Positions 12,180 through 23,519 are shown, numbered from the stretch's first letter. The stretch: DNA of 64,000 nt from Negaprion brevirostris (GCA_030324005.1 JARDVH010000031.1:66004767-66068766), one strand, 5' to 3'. A program made the numbers and translations. Notes: generated by a model from the sequence alone, not told the origin.

Positions 12180-12821
12180 ATAATCAAGTATGCTAATGGA
12201 AAGTTGGCCTTTATAACTAGAGGACTGAGGTGTAAGAATGCAGAAGTTATGCTGCAGCTATACATAACCCTGGTTAGACCCCACTTGGAGTACTATGAGC
12301 AGATCTGTGCGCCACATCTTAGGATGGATATATTGGCCTTGAACGGACCACAATATAGGTTTACAAGAATGAAACCTGGATTCAGTGGTTAAGGTATGAG
12401 GAGAGATTATTCAGATTAGACCTGTTTTCTCTAGAAATTAACAGGTTGAGGGGTGATCTAATCCAAGTCTTCAAGATATTAACAAGAAAACACAGGATAG
12501 ATCCTATTTCCACTGGCTGGAGATTCTAGAACTAGGGGCATAGTCTAAAAATTAGGGCCAGATCTAGAAGAGATGTTAGGAAGCACTTCTACACACAACA
12601 GGAGATAGGAGTTTACAATTTCCTTTCATAAATGGCAGTTGATACTAGGTCAGTTGCCATCTTTAAATCTGAGACAGGTAATTTTTTTGTTTACTGAAGG
12701 TGTTAAGGGATATGGGTCAAAGGCAGCTATATGGAGTTAGGCCACAGATCAACCATGAGGTCATTGAATGATGGAACAGGGTCAAATGGCTGAATGGTCT
12801 ACTCCTGTTCCTATGTTCCTA
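12180..12821 (+). mobile_element. CR1/HER1-like LINE 3' fragment
   Basis: MLQLYITLVRPHLEYYEQICAPHLRMDILAL is the CR1 ORF2 C-terminal motif; ends ctcctgttcctatgttcctat. Confidence 0.9.
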
Positions 12822-12869
12822 TCCCTGGGTAAGATGGGTTGAGGTATTCATTGTCTCACATAGATTGTC

Positions 12870-13875
12870 ATATTCCAGGGTCTCTCTCTCTCTCCATGAT
12901 ATCTTTTGCAGAACTCAAATCAGAGAAGTAATGGCCTCTGTTCATACCAGAGAAAGCCTTTATTGCTTTCCCACTGAACAGTGGATTGTGCATGTGACTT
13001 TATCTGGATAGTGTGATTCTACATGGTGCAGCATGTCGGTAACTGTACATACATGGTTTTGCATGCACTAACTCTAAATACTGAGATGTATCATAACTGC
13101 AAAGCTTGCTGCAAAGGGCGGCACAGTGGCACAATGATTAGCGTAGCTGCCTCACAGTGCCAGGGACCTGGGTTCGATTCCTGGTTTGGGTTACTCTCTG
13201 TGCAGAGTCTGCATGTTCTCCCCATGTCTGCATGGGTTTCCTCCGGGTGCTCCGGTTTCCTTCCACAGTCTGAAAGACGTGCTGGTTAGGCACATTGTTC
13301 ATGCTAAATTCTCCCTCAGTGAACACAAACAGGTGCTGGAATGTGGCAACAAGGGGATTTTCACAATAACTTCATTGCAGTGTTAATGTAAGTCTAATTG
13401 TTACACTAATTAAAATAAATAAATGAATAAAATACTCACTGAATGTGGAATTGGTGCATAACAATGCTCAGGGTTAAATGCTGGTGAATGCTGTCTATCC
13501 TGAATCTTTCAGTCTGTGCCAATCCATGCTTCCTTTAATCTTTCAGCCATCATATCAGACTAGAGGGTGGCTACTGGGCAGCGGTAGTTATTCACTTTAC
13601 ATCTGGGTCATGAGTCAGCTCCACCATCCAACTACATGCAATGAGAGCCAGGCTGCTACAAGAAGCATCACTGAGCAAACTATTGGGTTGCTGAAGCAAC
13701 AGTTCCACTGCCTTGACCACCCTGGGGGATCCTGCCAGTACTCATTGGGGTGTGTGTCCCATTTGTGTTCCCCATGTCTACTGCATCCTCCACAAAGTGT
13801 CGGCCACAGCACACTAAGGGTATGGTGCCCACCTCAGAATAAGGCAGAGGAGGATGGGGAGGATGGTGAGAGAAG
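12870..13875 (+). pseudogene. Fossil PIF/Harbinger transposase (HARBI1-like DDE), interrupted by a SINE
   Basis: MVQHVGNCTYMVL..MYHNCK / YSLNVELV..MLVNAVYP..GWLLGSGSY..NESQAATRSITEQTIGLLKQQFHCLDHPGGSCQYS correspond to the GAIDCTH, NRKG-HSLNVQ, GWLLGD-GY and EQTIG-LK-RFRCLD motifs; stops and lost catalytic residues. Confidence 0.85.
13116..13431 (+). mobile_element. HE1-like V-SINE with alternative tail B
   Basis: Same head and core but tail ggggattttcacaataacttcattgcagtgttaatgtaagtcta...aataaa. Confidence 0.9.
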
Positions 13876-13924
13876 GAACTGGAACATCCACATTCTAGGT
13901 CCTCAGGGCAATACCCTTGGCATT

Positions 13925-14230
13925 AACCTCTGTATCTCTCTGCTCTTCTCTTTCAAAAGTTTCAATTGAACCTGACTCTACCACACACTCAAGCAAAGCA
14001 TTCCAGGTCATAACTATAAGTTTTTCTCCATGGTATCATTGCTTATTTCGCTAATCACCTTAAATTGATGTTCGTCAGTCCTTGACCCTTCCAGCAACAG
14101 GAACTGTCTCTCCCTATCTACTCTCTCCAGTCTACTCATGGTTTTGTAAAATCTCTACTAAATTTTCTCTTAATNNNNNNNNNNGAATAGTTCCAGCTTC
14201 CCCAATCTATCCACATAAGCCGAGGTTTGT
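13925..14230 (-). mobile_element. CR1-like LINE 3' fragment, degraded
   Basis: ctaccacacactcaagcaaagcattccaggtcataac... is the reversed CR1 3' ORF2 signature. Confidence 0.6.
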
Positions 14231-14419
14231 CCTTACAAGGAACAGTGTACATGTCCATGGACATCAGATTAACCACATGACCCTAATCAACCCTCTCTGC
14301 GTGTCATCAAAAAACCTGAAGCAAGTTATATAATGATATAAAGACACTGCTCACACATATGTGCAAGTACTTTGTTGGTTTATTTACTGAGTCTCGGCAC
14401 ATAAGAAATGTTTTTCCTA

Positions 14420-14975
14420 CTTACAGGATGTGTGAATCACTGGCGAGTCAAGTATTCATTGCCCATCTCTAATTGCATTTGATAAGGCAATAGTGAGCTG
14501 CTTCCTTGAACTGCTGCAGCTCTTGTGGTGTAAGTACACTCACAGTGCCATTAGAGAGAGAGTTCCAGGATTTAACCCAGCGACAGCGAAGGAACAGCGA
14601 TATATTGCAAGTCAAGATGGCAACCGACTTAGAGAGGAACTTCCAGATGGTGGTGTTCCCATGTCTCTACTGCGCTTGTCCTTCTAAACAGTGCTGCCTA
14701 AGAAGACTTTGTAAGTCCCTGCAGTGCATCTTGTAGATGATACACACTACTGCTACTGTTCTTCAGTGGTGGAGTGAGTGAATACCTATGTGGAGGGCAC
14801 TAATCAAGTGACTGCTTTGGCCTGGATGGCGGTGAGCTACTTGAATTTTGTTGGAGCTGGATTCATCCGCTGTTCCATCACATTCCTGATGTGTCTTGTA
14901 GATAGTGGACAGGTTTGAGGAGCCAGGAAATGAGTTACTTACTGCAGTATTTCTAGCCTCCCGCCTACAGCTGCA
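14420..14975 (-). mobile_element. CR1-group LINE (second family) 3' end
   Basis: Colinear with 40800-41372; reversed tail cattgcccatctctaattgc. Confidence 0.8.
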
Positions 14976-14979
14976 GCCA

Positions 14980-15205
14980 TGATGTGGAGATGCCAGCGTT
15001 GGACTGGGGTAAACACAGTAAGAAGTCTGACAACACCAGGTTTAATTCCAACCGATTTATTTGATAGTAAACTCACAAGCTTTTGAGGTTTCCCTCTTCA
15101 TTAGGTGAATGGAGAGTACTGGTTAGTTCTCTCCATTACCTGACGAAGAGAGAAACCTCGAAAGCTTGTGAGTTTACTATCAAATAAATTGGTTGGACTT
15201 AAACA
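14980..15205. mobile_element. Penelope-like terminal repeat, family A, as head-to-head inverted pair (hairpin)
   Basis: Arms about 15040-15116 and 15129-15204 are reverse complements around a 12-nt loop; each arm carries a hammerhead-like core. Confidence 0.75.
15136..15171 (+). ncRNA. Minimal type-I hammerhead ribozyme-like motif
   Basis: TTAC CTGACGA A GAG-AGAAAC-CTC GAAA GC TT GTGA: stem I, CUGANGA core, stem II, GAAA, palindromic AAGCTT, UH. Confidence 0.55.
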
Positions 15206-15235
15206 ATTCAACAATCAGGCACTGACATTTGATAT

Positions 15236-15470
15236 GGAAACAGAAAATGCTGGAAATACTTAACAGGTTTGGCAGCATCTGTGGAGAGAGAGAAAGAGAC
15301 AGCATTAAGATTTCAGGTCTCTGGCCTTTCATCAGAATTGAAAGATCACAGACCTGAAGTATTACTTATCTATGTTCCTCTCCATAGACACTGTCCGACC
15401 TGCTGAGTATTCTCAGCATTGTCTGTTTTTGTTTCAGCTTTCCAGCATTCACAGTATTTTGCTCTTGTAT
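15236..15470. mobile_element. Penelope-like terminal repeat, family B, inverted pair
   Basis: aaacagaaaatgctggaaatact...ctgtggagag pairs with ctctccatag...agtattctcagcattgtctgttt; minus 15304-15338 reads ATT CTGATGA A AGGCC-AGA-GACCT GAAA TC TT AAT. Confidence 0.7.
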
Positions 15471-15599
15471 TGAAGCTGTTTGCTGCCTCAGGTGCTCAAT
15501 TTATAGTTCATACATCGTGGCAAGCCATTTCCTCTGATGTAAACTTGTATTTGTTGGCAAGCAATATCCACAAATTTATCTGTGTTTTTAAGTAGGAGT

Positions 15600-15776
15600 C
15601 ATTGGATGGCAATTAGAAGCAGGAACACTAGCCTGAGGCCAACTATAGTCGCTTCTTCACTGGCAGTTGAATTGTAATTATCCAGCTCAGCACAGATCAG
15701 AGATTGTACCTGGAACCTTCCCACTTTATCTGCCCACATCCATACCAGGAAGTACGCAGACTGAGCCATCGGGGAG
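15600..15776 (-). mobile_element. Old tRNA-headed SINE fragment (family unassigned)
   Basis: Minus reads ctccccgatggctcagt...gaaggttccaggtacaatctctgatctgtgctgag with A-box and B-box-like spacing. Confidence 0.4.
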
Positions 15777-17074
15777 TTAAATGGAATTTTTTCTTGTAAT
15801 TCCTTTACCATATAGACATTCCGAATGATCATTTTGAATTTCAAACTCAGTAAAGCACCACAGAACTGACATCAGTTGGAAATGTAAAGCGAGTGGTTAA
15901 TAGCATCCTTATTTGCCTCATTTGCCAGTCAGGAAATGTCAACTTTGTTACAATTATGAAGCTTATAAGATTATTATGCTTTGGAACTGTCTCATTTAAG
16001 GTAAAATGGAGAGAGTCATATTGGCTTGTTGTGGAGTCTGTTCAACTACAAGCCGAGGGCAGTTAAGGATCAAAAGCAGGCTCAAATTGTACTAGGACTA
16101 TTATGTTAGATGTTCATGGCTGTAGATCCTGGCAATAGTCTGAGTGCACAATGGATTGGCCAAGAGGCTGGAATTTTCATGGAATCACAAATAGTAAGCA
16201 GGACCTGGATCCAGAAGTTTACCCAATTTCCAACGGATCTCATTTTCACCAGTAAGGAAAAGTGAGTGGGGCCGACTCTCTCAGGTAGGAGGATTGAACT
16301 TGGCTTGACCATTTGAACTCTACTGAATTCAAACGGACACATTTTCACTGTGGCAAGGGTCTGACCCTAATTTTAAGAGTTATGAACTTTTAGTGTACTC
16401 GTAAAACCTTGTGATGGTTACAATGGCAGCTATTTTAACATTTAAAAAAATTAGGCTGGCTATTGTCTGTGAGAATTGGAAAGAATCTGGTCTAGTGATT
16501 AAAAAAGCTGTTTGTTGACATTACTGCAAAAATAGTTATAAATGCCTGGCTGTTTTCAATTACACACCATTATCTCAGTGGGGGTTGTGTGTTCATAGTT
16601 TGATTACTCAAGGAGATTATTAAAGGATTCATTGTCTTTGTGAGATTGTGGATACAAAAATTTGTTTTTATAAGGGATAAAGTACTTCAAAGGAATTAAA
16701 CGTTTTGAATCAGCATTCATCAATGAGAGTTTTTTATATAATAATAATGGCTATAATAGATACTTAGAACTTTATTTTATTTCATCTCAGCATGGCTCCT
16801 GAGGATTACACATGGTGGATGAGGGTGTGAGGAGCCAAGGAATGGTTGCCGGTTAGGGCTAATATTTAACAAAACAACTGGGACAAAGTCCCAGAGAACC
16901 AAGACAGGCCTTTTAACCAATTTGTCTTGATACATGGCAACTCTAGTGGCCTCCTTCATCCTGCACCCATGCCTCCTGGGACAAAGATCTCTCCAGTCAG
17001 GAGAGTTTGTCCCAGAGTGGGCGTGACAAGCCAGGAGATTTCCAAACTTGAGCTACCTTACTCAGGAGTGAAAA

Positions 17075-17157
17075 TCCAAGTCTGAACGTTGGACCCTTAG
17101 AGGATGAGAGGGGGGACTTGGTGGTAGGGGATGGGGAAATGGCTGAGGTCTTGAATA
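17075..17157 (+). mobile_element. CR1 ORF2 fragment before gap
   Basis: Translates VGPLEDERGDLVVGDGEMAEVLN, homologous to 36960-37035. Confidence 0.7.
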
Positions 17158-17257
17158 NNNNNNNNNNNNNNNNNNNNNNNNNNNNNNNNNNNNNNNNNNN
17201 NNNNNNNNNNNNNNNNNNNNNNNNNNNNNNNNNNNNNNNNNNNNNNNNNNNNNNNNN

Positions 17258-18020
17258 CTCTTGATGGCCATTGCCTGGCACTTGTATGACACAAATGTTA
17301 CTTGCCACTTGTCAAGGGTCACTGTCTGTGTAGAGTTTGCACTTTCTCCCCATGTGCCCCACTTCCTCCAGGTGCTCCAGTTTCCTCCCACAGTCCAAAA
17401 ATGTGCAGGTTAGGTTGATTGGCCACGCTAAATTGATCCCAGTGACAGAGAGATTAGCTGGGTAAGTATGTGAGGTTACAGAATAGGGCTTGGGTGGGAT
17501 TGAAATCGGTGCAGACACGATGGGCCGAATAGCTTCCTTCTGCACTATAGTGAGTCTATGATTCTTCTATGATGAACTCAAGCTGAGACGTATTTCCAAG
17601 TTTTCCAAGAACATGGACTTCTTCAAAACGTGAGGAGCTGTCAATGGTGGTGAACATTGAGGAATAATCAGTGAACATCCCACCTCTGACCTTATGATCA
17701 TTCAATGAAGACTCTGCAGTGATGTCCTAGAAGTAAGATGATTAACCTCTAACCATCACAACCATCTTCCTTTGTGCCAGATATGACATCAATCAATGGA
17801 CGTTTTCTCCCTCATTTACATTGACTCCAGTTTTGCTCGGACTTTTTGATGCCGCACTCGCTCAAGTGCTGTCCTGATGTCAAGGACTGTCACTCTCACC
17901 TCACCTCAGGAGTTCAGCACTTTCGTCCATGTTTGAATGAAGATTGTAAAGGTCAGGAGCTGAGTAACCCTGATGGAACCAAAACTGAGCATCAGTGAAC
18001 AGGTTATTGCTAAGCAAGTG
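17258..18020 (-). mobile_element. CR1-group LINE (second family) RT fragment, interrupted by a SINE
   Basis: Colinear with 3955-4480 (ttacttgccactt, tctgaccttat, accatcttcctttgtg, gatgtcaagg). Confidence 0.7.
17317..17572 (+). mobile_element. 5'-truncated HE1-like V-SINE
   Basis: V-core and gggccgaatagct...ctatgattc tail. Confidence 0.85.
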
Positions 18021-18069
18021 GCATAAAGAATAAAGATACCAATAGCAAAGAAAGGCCATTGCAGGGAAA

Positions 18070-18300
18070 AGTTAAGAGTCAATTACCTTACTATGGACCA
18101 GGAGTCACATGTAGTCCAGACCAAGTAAGGATGGTAGATTGGCTTCCCTAAAGGACATTGGTGAACCAGACAGTTTTTCCAGGTTTATTAATTCATTGCA
18201 TTTAAATTCAGTCAGTGGCATTAGTGAGAGTTCAACCCATGCTCCAATTAGCTGGGGATTATTAGCCCAGCAACATTATCACGGCACCACCATCTCCCCC
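18070..18300 (-). mobile_element. Second tRNA-headed SINE family, degraded
   Basis: ttaagagtcaa...ggagtcacatgtag...cttccctaaaggacatt colinear with 57550-57783. Confidence 0.6.
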
Positions 18301-19344
18301 ACTGCTCATCTCCACCAACCTGTCAATCTGATTAACTGCATGAGAAATGGACTAAAAGATATTATCATGAGATCCTGTTATTTAATTTGGCTGGATCTAT
18401 GTGCTCCAAGAGTTTCCTGGTTTCCCTTACACTCTTCTGCATCCATCCCTGTGAATATTGGGGTTTAACTTTTGTTCACATCAGCAGTATGTGCAGAAGA
18501 GCCAGTTGATCCAACATTATGAGGAAGTGACAGGAAAATGAGCTCGTTACAGCTTTCGATTCCAGAATTAAACACTAGGAATGCTTAAAATAACATCAGA
18601 TTGGACTGAAATCTATAAAAATACCCAATGAAACAAACTTCCATTAAAACAACAAAAAATGTAATCAGCAATAGGCAACTGTATTAACAGACCTACAGTC
18701 GGAGTCAACGTTTTGCTTTTGCTTTCTGATATACTTTCCCAGGATGAAGTGGACATATCTCTCGTCACTCTGATAGCTTTACAATCTTTCCATTTTCTTT
18801 TAATTTCACTAGACAATGATCTAACTTCCATAAAGGCATAAATGCATCCAAGTACAATGAGAGTCAGTGTGTTAACTCTAACCATGAGGAAATGCCTGCG
18901 ATTATTTTAAGATTAAGAGACAATGAAATATGTTCCAAAGTAGTGTGTGAAAATAGCCTGCCATTCCTTTTAGGAACAGTAAGTCATCTTTTGTGCAAAG
19001 TTCAGGTTCTCTGATCCCATCGAAAAGGATGGCTGTCGACAAGTAGTAATTCAATCGGCAAACATTTTGTAAAAAAAGTTAAATGTAAGGCGAGTCACTT
19101 TGTATGTATTACCTTGCCACAAGAACAGAAAAATGAAGAGGCATTTCAGTTACTATAGTTCAGAAACTGCCGCAATAGTTTCTTTTTAGTCAGACTAGGC
19201 TTCAGAAGCATCCTGCAGAAACATCCTTGAGCTGTGCAAGATTAACTGGGGCAGATTCATCGAATCAGCAATCTTACCAGGGAAGCTAACCATTCAGTAA
19301 ACTGGCCCCATCAGCTAGGATGAATGTTTTGTATGGTCAGTGTC

Positions 19345-19490
19345 TCATTATCACTGGTTCAAAATCCTGGAGCTCCCTATTTAATAGCATCATGGGTTCA
19401 AGGAAGATTCCCACCACACCTGTCCCAGGGAAACTAGCCATGAGCAATGCTGGTCATACCAGTGATGTTCACGTCCCAACAATGAATGAG
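19345..19490 (+). mobile_element. CR1-group LINE (second family) 3' tail remnant
   Basis: tcactggttcaaaatcctgg (GSKSW) ... aatgctggtcataccagtgatgttcacgtccc...aatgaat. Confidence 0.55.
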
Positions 19491-19559
19491 AACATAATTT
19501 TTAATTACAAATCCTGCATAAAGGTGTCCGATCATTATAAATATTGACAACACTAGCTA

Positions 19560-20905
19560 TGGTGAAAGCTATGGCCCTCTTCCATGTTCAAATCTTTCAT
19601 AGGTCCCATGCACGGGGAATCCTCTTTACACTGATTCTCCTGTATCTCTTAGCGTCTATCGGCAAGGGTATCTTAAGCTGGCACATGGTTGTTGGATAAT
19701 AGCTTTGCCAGTTTGCTTTCCTTTGCTCCAAGGGCTTTATTGTTTAGGGTCAATCAAAGCTGTGTAATGGCACTAACCCACTTCTCCGTTTTCTCATTGC
19801 ATCACTGCACCTCACTTGCAGCAAATTGCCCACAGGCATAGAGGTAATCGACAGGACAGATAGGAAACTACTCAACCAATGCCACCTCTGATCCAAAACC
19901 AAAGTCATCCCAACCTCATTTCTGGAGCTTCAGTACTCAGGTGACACTTGTGTGAACTTTCATTCAGAAACTGAGCTCTAAGTCATTTTTGATTCCTTCT
20001 CAGAGGGATATGAGAAAATGGATCTTTCACTGAGCACCTAGAAAACCGAGAACCTCTTCCAACCAACTCCCACAGAAGCAGAAACACCTCCAGTCAATTC
20101 CGATCAACAGCAACATCCAGGAAAATGTGAACCATTTTCTGTATCTTGGGAGCCTTTTTTAAACAAAGGCAGATATAAATGACAAAATGCATCATCATGT
20201 CTATAGTGCTAGCTCAGCCTTCATCTGACTGAAGAGAAGAAGATCTGAGGACTAGAATATTAACTGTGGAACTTACAGTTTAGCAGGCATTAATGGTCCT
20301 GCCCTCCCATATGCTTTGGAGACTTGGGCAATCTATAGGAGGCACATCAAAATACTGGAAAAGTATCATCTGCACTGCCCGTGTAAGATTCTCTCAATGC
20401 AGGGCAAGAACAACAGTCCTACAGCAGGGTCTTCCCCCAAGCCAACTTACCCATTATCAAGGCTAATTACTCAAAATCAGCTTCACTGAGTAGGACTTGT
20501 TGCTTACATGCCTGACATCAGACGCCCATAGCTACTGCTCCACTCAGAACACGGTCTTGACAAAAGACTCTCAGCAGGATAGTGGAAACGCTTTAAGGGT
20601 GTCCTCAAACCATCCCTGAAGAGTCAAACATACTCATTGACTCGTGGCAGAAGCTGGCTTATGGTGAAACAAAATGGAGAAGGCCCATATGGGAAGGAAC
20701 CAAACACATCAAAAGACTTCGTCAAGAACTTGCAGAAGAGCAAGGTATTGGAAGGAATACACAAACCTCCAAACAAGCCATCTACTTAACCTTTATGTGG
20801 CAGAGTCTGTAGATCACACATTGGATTTAACAACCATTTCAGAACCCAATAAATAGGAATGGAAGCAATTCATCCTTCATCCTGAGAGAGTGCCTAAAAT
20901 GATGT
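19560..20905 (+). mobile_element. Degraded RTE-clade LINE (RT and C-terminus)
   Basis: ggggtcaatcaaagctgtgtaat (GVKQGCV), DRKLLNQCHL*SKTKV (cf. DGKLFNL-RL-AKTKV), catttt..gtatcttgggagc (F-YLGS); many stops and frameshifts. Confidence 0.75.
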
Positions 20906-21152
20906 TTTCTTTCTCACATTACGACCAGCCTCAGGTGGAGTTCCCCAGGTCCTGGTGAGATCCCTTAATTTGTCACTGTTCAGATGGGATATCCCCAAAT
21001 TGTTCCAAACCTGGATGGGCGGGTTTGACGGGGGGAGGGGTGGTGTTGACTGGCTCTGTTCCTTTATTCAACCCACCATCTAATCTAAACCTTTTTCTTG
21101 GATCTCTTTCCCAGACCTAATGGTAATATTTAAAAAAGGAATCAATTTAACC

Positions 21153-21860
21153 AGGGGAAGAATTTAATGTTCCTCTGTAGGTGGATGAGGGACATAAAAT
21201 TGAATAGACGAGATTCCCTTGGCATCTGTTCACCCAAGCCCATATGCAATTGCATGCATGGGCAGGAAAGCCCCTCACCAACCAATTAATGCCCTTAAAT
21301 GGCCAATTAATGGCCTTAGCCCACCCAGCCTCAAGTTTTAGGAAGGCAGGAGCAGGTGAAAGGAATGTGGGAAAATGACATTTGCACATTTTCCATCTTG
21401 GACAGCAGGTGCAGGGGGATGGGTTGCCTCATTCTGAAGGCTCTCACAGAGTTGGGACATTGTCTCCCTGAAGTGTTGGAGCTCCAGGACCCCTCTTCCC
21501 CAGCCAACTCCCTGATGCTGTGGTCATCCCCTCAAGAGTGGAGGGTGTACAAAATCATGGTGTCAGGGTTAAGAGAGGGGAGGGGGGCTTCCGGGCCTCC
21601 AATGTCTCAGGGGGAAAATACTCTTTATCTGCGTCTCCTATCCTCCCACCCCAAGAACCCCAGACATATTGTTGCCATGATCCTGGGACTTAGAGCCAGA
21701 CAGAACATTGCAGTACCACTTCTGGCTACTGCAGCATTGTATCCGATCAGGTTGAAGAGCTGTCAGCCACTGATTGAGTGAGATTTCCTACCACATATAG
21801 ATAGAAGTCCCACCCACTGCTGATCAACGCTAAGTGAGCGTTAAATGGTAGTGGACTTAG
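21153..21860. mobile_element. Degraded non-autonomous DNA transposon (Harbinger-like)
   Basis: Starts ggggaagaattt; internal palindromic ccaattaatgcccttaaatggccaattaatgg; GC-rich body like other MITEs in the window. Confidence 0.35.
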
Positions 21861-21891
21861 AGAGTTGGTGCCCCAGGTTTTCTTTCATTAA

Positions 21892-21982
21892 ATAAGAAGT
21901 CTCACAACACCAGGTTAAAGTCTATTTGGTTTATTTGGAATCACGAGCTTTCGGAGCGCTGCTCCTTCATCAGGTGAGTGGG
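21892..21982 (-). mobile_element. Penelope-like terminal fragment (family A)
   Basis: taagaagtctcacaacaccagg...tttatttggaatcacgagctttcggagcgctgctccttcatcaggtgag homologous to 15019-15110. Confidence 0.75.
21941..21977 (-). ncRNA. Minimal type-I hammerhead ribozyme-like motif (best copy)
   Basis: Minus reads TCAC CTGATGA A GGAGC-AGC-GCTCC GAAA GC TC GTGA: perfect 4-bp stem I, intact CUGAUGA and GAAA, 5-bp stem II, UC cleavage site. Confidence 0.65.
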
Positions 21983-23034
21983 GGTTAAGATAGAGTAAGT
22001 TAATTAATTACTAAAGAAGTAAGAAGAAATGATAACACACATGTATCTACTTTCATGCAGATTATAAGTAAGAAGCAAGGCCAATAGAAAATAAATATAA
22101 TAAAAATTTATACAGAACAGTCCTTGATTTGTGAATAGATGATGATGCATGCAGCTGTTATGAATTGATTCCAATATTCAGGCTTCTGCAAATGCATAGT
22201 TAATTCCTCAATTCGGGTGTTCTGTGGTTTTTTTTTAAGAGATATTTCAGCTTTTCTTTTCTGCAATGATTCTTTTTTTGCCGACTGTTTGATTTCCACA
22301 GTTGGGGACAAAGTTTTAAATATTCCGGCAGAAGGTGGATATTTTTGCTGGGGTCTTGTTTCAATTTCTGCATCACATATCTTTACTGTGGAAAACCTCC
22401 AGCTGCTTTCCCTCACAGCACACATATACAGGCAAATTGGCAGATCAGGCACGGACACTGAGAAGCACTCTCGGCTAGCTTTTTAACCCTCTTTGTTGTA
22501 TAGGCCAACTGAACCCAGAATCCATTCACCAGTCCAGGGAGGCAATTAGATGAGATAGCCATTATGTTCCCTTGTCATTGCTGGAGATGGTAATCAGTCT
22601 TTAGAGGCATCTTGCCTGGAAAAACAGACAGGGTTTCCATTGTCCATAAGAGAAACACCCTGGTACCATTTCCATCAGTGGTGAACTATACATTCTCAGC
22701 TATCTTCAGGGTTTGTGTCCATTTTAAAATATAAAACTCAGGTCTTTTTAAAGTCCAATACTTCTGTGTATAATTCCATTTTTTTCACCATCATCATAAT
22801 ACTCATCAGACACCACGATGATAGTCCTCTTTCTGTTGTTATTTCCCTTTACTGATATGCCATGTTGAAGGGTGCATCATACTCATACACAGCAGGTCAG
22901 GGTAGTTTCAAACATAATAATTCTCTTACAGAAAAAAAGATCTTGCTTTGCCATTTCTGGATGATCTCACACTTGGCAGCATTAAGTTGCTGTTCATCAT
23001 CTTCTCCATAACTATTTGTTTGGGACTTCTGACC

Positions 23035-23415
23035 AAAACAAAGAACAAAGAAATGTACAGCACAAAAACAGGCCCTTTGGCCTTCCCAGCCCTTGCCAAT
23101 CCGGATGTCCAAACTAAACTAAAAAAAAACCTTCTGCCCCTGCTTGGACCATATCCCTCTATTCCCTCTCTATTCATGTACCCATCCAAATTTCCCTTAA
23201 ATGGTGCTAATGTGCTTGCTTCCACCACCTCCACTAGCAGTGTGTTCTAGGCACCCAGGACTCTCTGCATATAAACCTTTGCCCGCACATCTCCCTTAAA
23301 CTTTCCCCCTCTCACGTTGAACCTTGTGTCCCCTTGTCATTTTCCATCCTTGGAAAAAGCTTCTGAATATCCACCCTGTCCAAGCTTGTCATAATTTTGT
23401 AGACCTCTATCAGGT
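23035..23415 (-). mobile_element. CR1/HER1-like LINE 3' end
   Basis: Reversed aacaaagaacaaaga tail; minus peptide EVVEASTLAPFKGNLDGYMNREGIEGYG is the CR1 ORF2 C-terminus. Confidence 0.9.
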
Positions 23416-23519
23416 CTCCACTGTTTTACATAGAGACCTACGCAAGATTACAGCTTGCTTTTCTGAGCTAAACATATTGAAACACTGAGGCATCTTTGCA
23501 AATGAGATTGAGAGCAGCT

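Noticed and set aside
16349-16830. LTR-like composition starting TGTGG
   Set aside because: No matching end, TSD or internal domain found
18613-18900. Minus ORF resembling a transmembrane helix plus tail
   Set aside because: No family recognised and splice sites are ambiguous
22108-22486. Overlapping 116-aa (-) and 89-aa (+) ORFs with a strong plus-strand acceptor at 22301
   Set aside because: No recognisable domain, only a weak GC donor, and the Lys-richness reflects T-runs; not supportable as an exon
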